A stretch of DNA of 64,000 bases, from the NCBI RefSeq assembly GCF_009914755.1, contig NC_060948.1; one strand, given 5' to 3'. The position numbers were made by a program, and so were the translations under genes. Shown here one piece after another: positions 50,430 through 64,000 of the stretch; within the stretch, counting starts at the first letter, position 1, and every line of letters starts with the position of its first letter. Under the pieces are notes generated by a model. It had not been told where the DNA came from. It made no database searches and saw only the letters and a list, made by a program, of their open reading frames with translations. This DNA is from the human T2T-CHM13v2.0 reference genome, Homo sapiens.

Positions 50430-50880
50430 ATCATTGTCTATCTCGTATCTATCTCTGTCTCTTCCATTTTTATCCATCTGTCTTCTATCTACTCATCCAT
50501 CTATCAAGCTTTCTGTGTACCTACTTCCCTACCTATTCAACTCTCATGTCGCTCTGTATCCATCTATGTATCTATTTATTATCTATCCATTTATCTCATC
50601 CACTTATCTATTATCTTATGTGTCTATCATCTGTCTCATCTATCATCTCTCTATTCATCTACATCCATCTATCATCTAACTATCATCATCTATGTCTTCT
50701 ATCTTTATCTATCCATCACTTATCTATCTACTCATCCAACTATCTTCTATCTAGCTACTTTCCTACCTATCAAAATCTCATCTCTATCATCTACCTACTT
50801 ATCCATCTACTATCTATCATCTATCAATTATCTAATCTATCTATCCATCATCTATCTATCTATCTATACATTCATCCATT
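50430..50880. repeat. Degenerate (TCTA)n/(TCCA)n array
   Basis: Imperfect CTAT/CATC repeats. Confidence 0.93.
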
Positions 50881-51679
50881 GAGCATAATAGCTAAGAAAG
50901 TTCAAATATTCTGCTCTTATCATTTTTCGTATGAAAACCACATGATAGAGCCATAAGTTGCTTCAGGAAGAAGTTATAGCTGTAAGAGATGGAGCAGAGA
51001 CATAGCATTCTTCTGTTTCTTTCATTTCAGATATGCTATTTCCAAATCAAGGTTACATTATACCCAGCTTGAGTCACCATTGCACATATTTACTTTTATA
51101 TTTAATTGTATTCAAATTTGTTATTGTTCTATACACTATCTCACAGCAACTCAGAATGATCATTATAGATGTCCATTGCACTGGATACTTAATTCTACTC
51201 AACCTTATAACGGTTCTGTAGAATGCCTCCAACACACCTTTTAAGCAGATATTTGGGATTTGTGTAATTGTTCTTTCAGATGAAGGACAGAAGACAAATT
51301 TCACCTGCATGAGTTTCCCAATCACAGGAATTTTGAGTGAGTGGGAATTTACAGTAAAGTCACCTTCTTCTTAAACCCATTGCAATGAGTCTTTTCATGC
51401 CTGCCTTTGTGAGATTCATGAGTTTTTTGTCGTGGCTAAATTTGGCTTTTTATTGAACTGGTGATGTGGTCATCCAATACGATCTGACATGTACTAAACT
51501 GTTTCCTCTCCTTTCTGGAGTTGAGACCCAATTTAATTGATGTCACCATGGGAAATAGCCCAGGAGTCAGCATCCCTGTTTCCATAACAGGAAGGAGAGA
51601 GGAGGTGAAAAATTCCATACCTTCTCCAACACTCATAGTGTTGGAGAACACAAACACACCCCAAGAGTACATTAATGTA

Positions 51680-52406
51680 TAGTAGACTCTTGAACAATGT
51701 GGGAGTTAGGGGTGCCAACCCCCAGTGCAGTAAAAAATCCACCTGTAGGCTGCGGTTACACAACCTGTAACCCCAGCACTTTGGGAGGCTGAGGCTCAGG
51801 AGTTCAAGACCAGCCTGGCCAACATAGTGAAACCCTGTATCTACTAAAAATACAAAATTTTGCCAAGAGTGGTGACATGCGCCTGTAATCCCAGCTACTC
51901 AGGAGGCTGAGGCAGACAAATCACTTGGACCCAGGAGGCAGAGTTTGCAATGAGCAGAGATTGAGTTACTGTACTTCAGCCTGGCCAACAAGAGTGAAAC
52001 TCCGCTCAAAAAAAAAAAAAAATCCACTTGTAACTTTTGACTCTCCCAAAACAGAACTAATAATAACCTACTTTTGAGTGGAAGCCTTCCTGATAACATA
52101 AACAGTCGATTAGCACATATTTTATATGTTATGTGTATTAAATACTGTATTCTTACAATAAAGCAAGCTAAAGAAAAGAAAATGTATTAAGAAAATAATA
52201 AGGAACAGAAAATACATTTGCTATTCATTGAGTGGAAGTGGATCATCATAAAAATGTGCATCGTCATTGTCTTCGCATTGAGGAGGTTGAGGAGGAAGGG
52301 AAGGGTTGGTCTTGCTGACTCGGTAGTGTCAGAGGTGGAAGAGAATCCCATCCCCTTCTAAGTGGACCACATAGTTCAAACCTGTGTTGTTCAAAGGTCA
52401 ACTTTA
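51680..52406. mobile_element. Tigger2a-like element with a nested Alu (51748-52022)
   Basis: Inverted termini AGTAGACTCTTGAACAA / TTGTTCAAAGGTCAACT; Alu TSD AAAAAATCCAC(C/T)TGTA. Confidence 0.88.
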
Positions 52407-52761
52407 CTACAGTTAAGTGATGAATCAATGGACAGTGGTTCCTACAATGAAGCCATTGTCCTAACAGTGGCTTATGATAAATTTTTGAGAATACATATAA
52501 TTATTTTAGGTAGATGGTCACCAAGATGAAATGAGTGTATGCACAGCAAATCCATACAGTGGTTCTGGCTATTTTAAGTTTTCTTTTGTGTAAAATGGAT
52601 CCTCATTCTTCACAAAGAGACTGCATTGCTCAATCCATGTTCTTTGTGGTAGAAATATTTCTGTGGTTGGGACCAGTGACTTCTATGTGTTCCTTGGACA
52701 CACTTCCTGTAATGAAATGATCTAACTATATTGCCCAAGGGAGCAGAAGATTGGAGATTTG

Positions 52762-52977
52762 TTGTGTGTGTGTGTGTGTGTGTGTGTAGGAGATGAAAAT
52801 ACAAAGGTAGAGATAGAGAATAGAGAAACAGAAAAAAATAGATAGATGATAGAGGGATAATAGGTGTTAAGTAGACAGATGATAGATGATAGAAAGATAA
52901 AAAGATAATACATGATAGATGATGGATAGAAACACAGAAATACAGATAGAGATAGATAGAAATACAGATAGACACAT

Positions 52978-53028
<51 letters not shown>
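52762..53028. repeat. (TG)n plus compound GATA array including a perfect (AGAT)12 at 52979-53026
   Basis: Read directly from the sequence. Confidence 0.95.
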
Positions 53029-53689
53029 GAGTGGAGAGGACTTTCATTTTTAAGAAACATACTAGCTGCACTGAAGGAAGCCCAGCAGCCATTCTGCCAT
53101 GAACCTTCCTTTGCAGGGTTGTAACCATGCTCTTCTCATCCTCGATCATTAGGGTTTATGCACATGCCCTTAAACAACCACAGAAAAATGCAGGTTGTCC
53201 ATGCTTCTGCCAGACGATATGATCCTAAAATGCAATTACTTGAGAGACACGCTATTGGAGGAACATGTTTTGAAGGACTCATGGTCCTGGATAGCATAGA
53301 TTTTATTTTCAGTAAAATAAAATCTGGACCATCCAAAAACTGAATTCACTTCTGTTGTAGTTCTCCACAGAATTGCTACTGCTGAGCAGTACTTTCTTAT
53401 AGTGCACTGAGCTCTAAAATGAGAATATTTGTAACAGATTGCACTTTTAAGTTGTGATCCTGTCTTTACTGTGGGGGTACTGTTGAAGACGTTTTTGGTA
53501 TGAATGACTCAGATATGACTGGAAAAGCTTTGCTTAATTTCTTACCAAAGAAATGTGTGATTCATAATGCAGAAGATGTCTCACTTTTTTCCTTTGGCTT
53601 CCAGGAAGCTTGTCGCTATGTGATTTATGATTAATACTAATTTTATTTTATTTTCTTTTAATTTTAATTAATTCTTTTAATATTAATTA

Positions 53690-53870
<181 letters not shown>

Positions 53871-54139
53871 TGAGTTCATCCCTAGCATCTTACTTTGTGT
53901 GAGCTTTTGGCTGATGTGTGACTCTGAGGACAGGGATCATGTGCTCTTGATGCTGTTGCTGCTGCAAGTATTATAAGCACAATAGATCTTGGTTAAATAT
54001 TAATAGAAAAATGCATTCTGTCTTTCCACCTGTGCCCAATAAGATAGGTCAATTCCATCCAGAGCTTAATTACAACAGCCTCCTGACAACACATCTGATA
54101 AAAATTTTGATTTTGTGTTTTGAAGTGACCATTATTGAT

Positions 54140-55222
54140 AAATATTTCATTATTTATTATATTGTGTATTATACATAATTATTTGTATATGTATGTTATA
54201 GATAATAAATTGTTATTAAAATGTGTTATCTATAAATATGTAATAATTTAAATATACAAAATGTATATAATATAGTTAAAATAGTATAAATAATAAAATA
54301 ATATAATAATAAAATAGTATAAAATGTTATGTATGGTATAAAATATATTTATAAAATATAACTATATATTATATATAATTTACATCATTTTATACTTTAT
54401 TCTTACAATAAAGTAAGCTAAAGAAAAGAAAATGTCATTAAGAAAATAATAAGGAACAGAAAATACATTTACTATTCATTGAGTGGAAGTGGATCATCAT
54501 AAAAGTGTGCATCCTCATTGTCTTCATGTTGAGGAGGTTGAGGAGGAGGAGAAACAGAAGGGTTGGTCTTGCTGACTCAGCAATTATCTATATTATCTAT
54601 TACATAATTTATAATACTATATGTTATATAATATATAACACCTTATACAATATAATATATGACATATATATTATATAAGGTATGTGATGTATATTACATA
54701 TAACACATTTAATTATAATATATACTACATAGTATATATATATTACATAGTATATAATGTATATAACATACATAGACATAACACCATATGTTTTATAACA
54801 CCTTATACTATATAATATATGACATTTACATTATATTATGTATATGATATATATTACACATAACATTTAATTATAATATCATATATTACATAGTATATAT
54901 TACATAGAATATATGTTACATAGTATATTATATATAACATACATAGACATATAATGGTATATTATATATCATATAGTTATATATTACGTATTATTAGGTT
55001 GGTGCAAAAGTAATTGTGGTTTCTGCCATTAAGAGTAATCGCAATTTAATATATAATATGAAATAATATGTAATTTGTGTTTTATTATAATATAATATTT
55101 CAAATACTATATATTACATATAGTATTTAAGTATTATATATTACAATAATATTTAAGATATATTATTAAAATATATATTTTATATATATGACATACCTAT
55201 TATACATAATATATAATTTATA
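54140..55222. repeat. AT-rich low-complexity region containing a Tigger2 piece (54391-54580), a tandem duplication and a MADE1 remnant (54992-55050)
   Basis: TATA-rich sequence; mariner-type TIR TATTAGGTTGGTGCAAAAGTAATTG. Confidence 0.88.
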
Positions 55223-55944
55223 CCTCCAGATCCAAAGTATATTCAATTTGACTAACACTTACAGGGCACCTTCAGCATCCAAGGTATTCTGAGGTCATTT
55301 CCTGCCATTTTGATTGGGTGAATTTTTGGCGATCAATTGTTGATTACCAATGGTGTCCCTGCTTCTAATCTTTTCCTGTCTAGAGGACCCCAAACCACAG
55401 GCCAACTTCTGTCTGAGCAGCTCATCTCTGCTCACACCTCTCTCATGCTCAAAATCCTTCAAATTCTTCCAGCTATCTCAGGAAAAGGAAAAGCCAGAGT
55501 CCTTTGCCTCATTCTCAACGCATCCCCTCATTGGCCATTTTCTTGTATTTCAGCCTTCTTTGCAGTATAACGTACCAGGAGAGTTAAGTTTGGGGCTGGA
55601 AGAAAACCCTTCATGTCCTGGCATCCTTTGTCCAGAATTCCATCTGCCCAGGCTGCTTCTGAGCAAAGCAATGCTTATCACCCCAGAGAAGCCCTTCCTT
55701 CCCGTGGACGCTCCCACCCTTTGGAGCTCATGGTGAGCTTAGGACCAAATGATTTGCAGAAGAGTGACGCATGGAATATATCAAAAAATGCCTGTGAAAT
55801 TGGATGGTGTTCAAACTAAACATCAGGCACCCCACAAACCCTAGCCAAAATCGAGCTTGACTTCTTGCACAGGAGTTGTGAGTTTAAGGACCATACCAGA
55901 TACTTGAAGAAACTGATAATTTTTTTGAGAAACTTGCTTGCATT

Positions 55945-56200
55945 TACCTTTTTTTCTATTATTGATTCATACTATTTTACATATCTATGGGGTACATGTG
56001 ACAGTTTGTTGCTTGCATAGAATGTGTAGTGATCAGGCCAGATTATTTGGAATATCTGTCACCTTGAGAATTAATCATTTCCATGTGTTGGGAACATTTC
56101 AAATCTCCTAGCTATTTTAAAATACACAATACATTATTGCTAACTATAGGCACCTTACCCTGCTATCATATATTAGAATTATGTCTTTTATGCAACTGTA
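55945..56200 (-). mobile_element. L1MA 3' end fragment
   Basis: TACATATCTATGGGGTACATGTGA...AAATACACAATACATTATTGCTAACTATAG. Confidence 0.85.
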
Positions 56201-56358
56201 TAAAATCAGGATTTGATGACCATCTATGATATATGCCAGCAACAGAATATCAGGCTGATGCTTTTACATCTCTGCCCCTACAGGGTCTTTTGATGTACAT
56301 TGGGAACAATAATCTTCAGAGATTTGGGGAGACAGATTAGAGATGATATATGTTAAAA

Positions 56359-56862
56359 CACGGGTCCCCATGTGGCCCGTTAGGAACTGGGCCACACAGC
56401 AGGCGGTGAGTAGCGGGTGGGTGAGCAAAGCTTCATCTGTGTTGACAGCTGCTCCCTATCACTCACTTTACCTCCTGAGCTCCACCTCCTGGCAGATCAG
56501 CGGTGGTATTAGATCCTCATAGGAGCGTGAACCCTTTTGTGAACTGCACATGCGAGGGATTTAGGTTGACGCTCCTTATGAGAATCGAATGCCTGATGAT
56601 CTGTCACTGTCTCTCATCCCCGCCCCAGATGGGACTGTCTAATTGCAGGAAAACAAGCTCAGGCCTCCCACTGATTCCACATGATGGTGAGTTGTAAAAT
56701 TATTTCATTGTATATTACAATGTAATAATAATAGAAATACGGTGCACAATAAATGCAATGTGCTCGAATCATCCTGAAACCATCCTGCTCCCAACCCCAG
56801 CCATGGAAAAGTTGTCTTCCACGAAACCTGTCCCTGGTGCCAAAAAGGTTGGGGACGGCTGC
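56359..56862 (+). mobile_element. MER1A (hAT-Charlie) DNA transposon
   Basis: GGCCCGTTAGGAACTGGGCCACACAGCAGG...CCCTGGTGCCAAAAAGGTTGGGGACGGCTG. Confidence 0.9.
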
Positions 56863-57254
56863 ATTTGAACACAGTTTGCTTTACTCAGCAAACTATCATG
56901 GAGTTTTCTGTGATATCAGCGTGACCATGGAGAAGGCTCTCAATAAATGCACCAATTATGTTTTTGATGAAAATGAACATATTTTTCTTGGGTTTCCTAG
57001 AAGCACCATTCTACCTCTCAGAAGACATTCTCATAATACCAAGAAGAAAGACAAGCCAAAGATTGCATACTGAAATTATTTTAACAGCCTAAGTTTCTCT
57101 TATACGTGCCACTCTCTTGCAAACACCCATTAGAAGAGAAAACAAACAGTACATTTGAGGCCTTATTCTTGTCATCCTCCTCTTCAATTTCTTTATCCTC
57201 CTAATTCCCAAATGTAGCCACTTGGATGTGGCAGCTTCCTATTGCAATTTCCTC

Positions 57255-57554
57255 TTTTTATTTTTATTTTTTTGAGACAGAGTCTCACTCTGTCTTGCAA
57301 GCTTGACTGTAGTGGTGCGATCTCGACTCACTGCAACCTCTGCCTCTTGGGTTCAAGTGATTCTCATACCTCAGCCTCCTGAGTTTCAGGATTACAGGCA
57401 CATTTCACTATGCCTGGCTAATTTTTGTATATTTAGTAGAGATGGGGTTTCGCCATGTTGGCCAGGCTGGTCTCAAACCCCTGACCTCAAGTGATCTGAC
57501 CGCGTTGGCTTCCCAAAGTGCTGGGATTACAGCTGTGAGCCACTGTGCCCAGCC
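57255..57554 (-). mobile_element. Alu (AluS-like)
   Basis: Reverse-complement dimer with T tail. Confidence 0.93.
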
Positions 57555-57943
57555 ACAATTTCTTGGATCACAATTTTTTTCTGCATATAATTGAAGGTTC
57601 TTTTTTTTTTTTAACATCTGAGAGAATTGTGTGAGTAAAAGAAGAATTAGAATAAGAACATGATGTACTTGAGGGTGCTTTTTAGATGATTATAGCTGAA
57701 TTTGGTTTTCCTGTTGTAAAAACTATTATTACTTTGAAAATCTAAAATGAACTTTCAGGGTTTGGTGATTAAGGCCAGTTTTATATGTTAGGTAAAGAGC
57801 TTTATTGATAAGACTCTACTCATAGTTATTACCCTGAGAAAAATAGACACAACAGATGGGAATGCATTTTTATGATTTAGGGTCTTACCATTTTAAAGGA
57901 AGGTGATTTACCCTGAGATATGGGAGAGAAAATAATGCTTGCT

Positions 57944-58390
57944 GTGTGAGTTTGCTAGGGCTGCATAACCAGGTCCCCCAGAATGCTCAGCTTAAACAAC
58001 AGACATTGATTCTCCCGCAGTCCTGGAGGCTGGAAGTCTGAGATCAAGGTGTGGGCAGGGCTGGTTCCTCCTGAGGCCTCTCTCCTGGGCTTGGAGTTGC
58101 CATCTTATCCTGTGTCCTCACAGGGTCATCACTCTGCATGTGTCTGTGTCCTTATCTCCTCTTCTTATAAGATGTCTTAGTCCATTTCAGGCTGCTATCA
58201 CAGAATACCACAGACTGTGAGGCTTATAAACAACAAACAATGAGTCTCCCACAGTCCTGGAGGCTGGAAGTCTGAGACCAAGGTGTGGGCAGGGCTGGTT
58301 CCTCCTGAGGCCTCTCTCCTTGGATTGTAGTGCCATCTTCTCCCTGTATCCTCACGTGCTCAAACCTCTGTGTGTGTCTGTATCCTAATA
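57944..58390 (-). repeat. Tandem pair of MLT1-derived units (STIR-like)
   Basis: Units 57944-58171 and 58172-58390 share the core CAGTCCTGGAGGCTGGAAGTCTGAGA(T/C)CAAGGTGTGGGCAGGGCTGGTTCCTCCTGAGGCCTCTCTCCT. Confidence 0.85.
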
Positions 58391-58529
58391 CAATTGGAAA
58401 TCAAAAATGTTTTAAAAAGAAATACCAAATCTGCAGAAAATACTGAAATACTAATCCAATAAAAATGGTAAAATGAAAATTAAAATGGTTATTTGTAGTT
58501 TTTAAGTACCATTTGCAATAAAATATTTT

Positions 58530-64000
<5,471 letters not shown>

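Noticed and set aside
50322-53149. Hydrophobic ORFs of about 180 aa resembling membrane proteins
   Set aside because: Translations of TCTA/GATA repeats (YLSI motifs).

Overview
This is primate (very likely human) genomic DNA, AT-rich and CpG-depleted, and I can support no intact protein-coding gene. Nearly all of the ORF track is explained by Alu, L1, LTR or simple-repeat translation. The window holds about 25 Alus and two large decayed L1PA elements in opposite orientation (12.3-18.1 kb on +; 58.5-64 kb on -, running off the window). It also holds older L1M fragments, solo LTRs (THE1, MST, MLT1/2, MER41B, LTR6-like, LTR32-like, MER49-like), DNA transposons (MER20, MER58, MER1A, Tigger2/3, MADE1), a U6 snRNA retrocopy with TSDs, and many GATA/TTCC/GA/AT simple repeats. 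Homogenised MLT1-derived (STIR-like) units and dense GATA arrays suggest distal Xp22.3 or its Y homologue (inference only). The most interesting signals are structural. (1) The two inverted L1s share an ORF2 stop codon and other non-consensus variants despite unrelated 3' flanks, suggesting ectopic gene conversion. (2) There are several locally templated insertions, including an inverted 77-bp LTR copy bracketed by a perfect 20-bp duplication. (3) The MER41B retains one STAT1 GAS site. (4) An L1 ORF0 is open to the window edge. I found no convincing novel coding system. Repeat subfamily names come from recalled consensus sequences and most boundaries are approximate.
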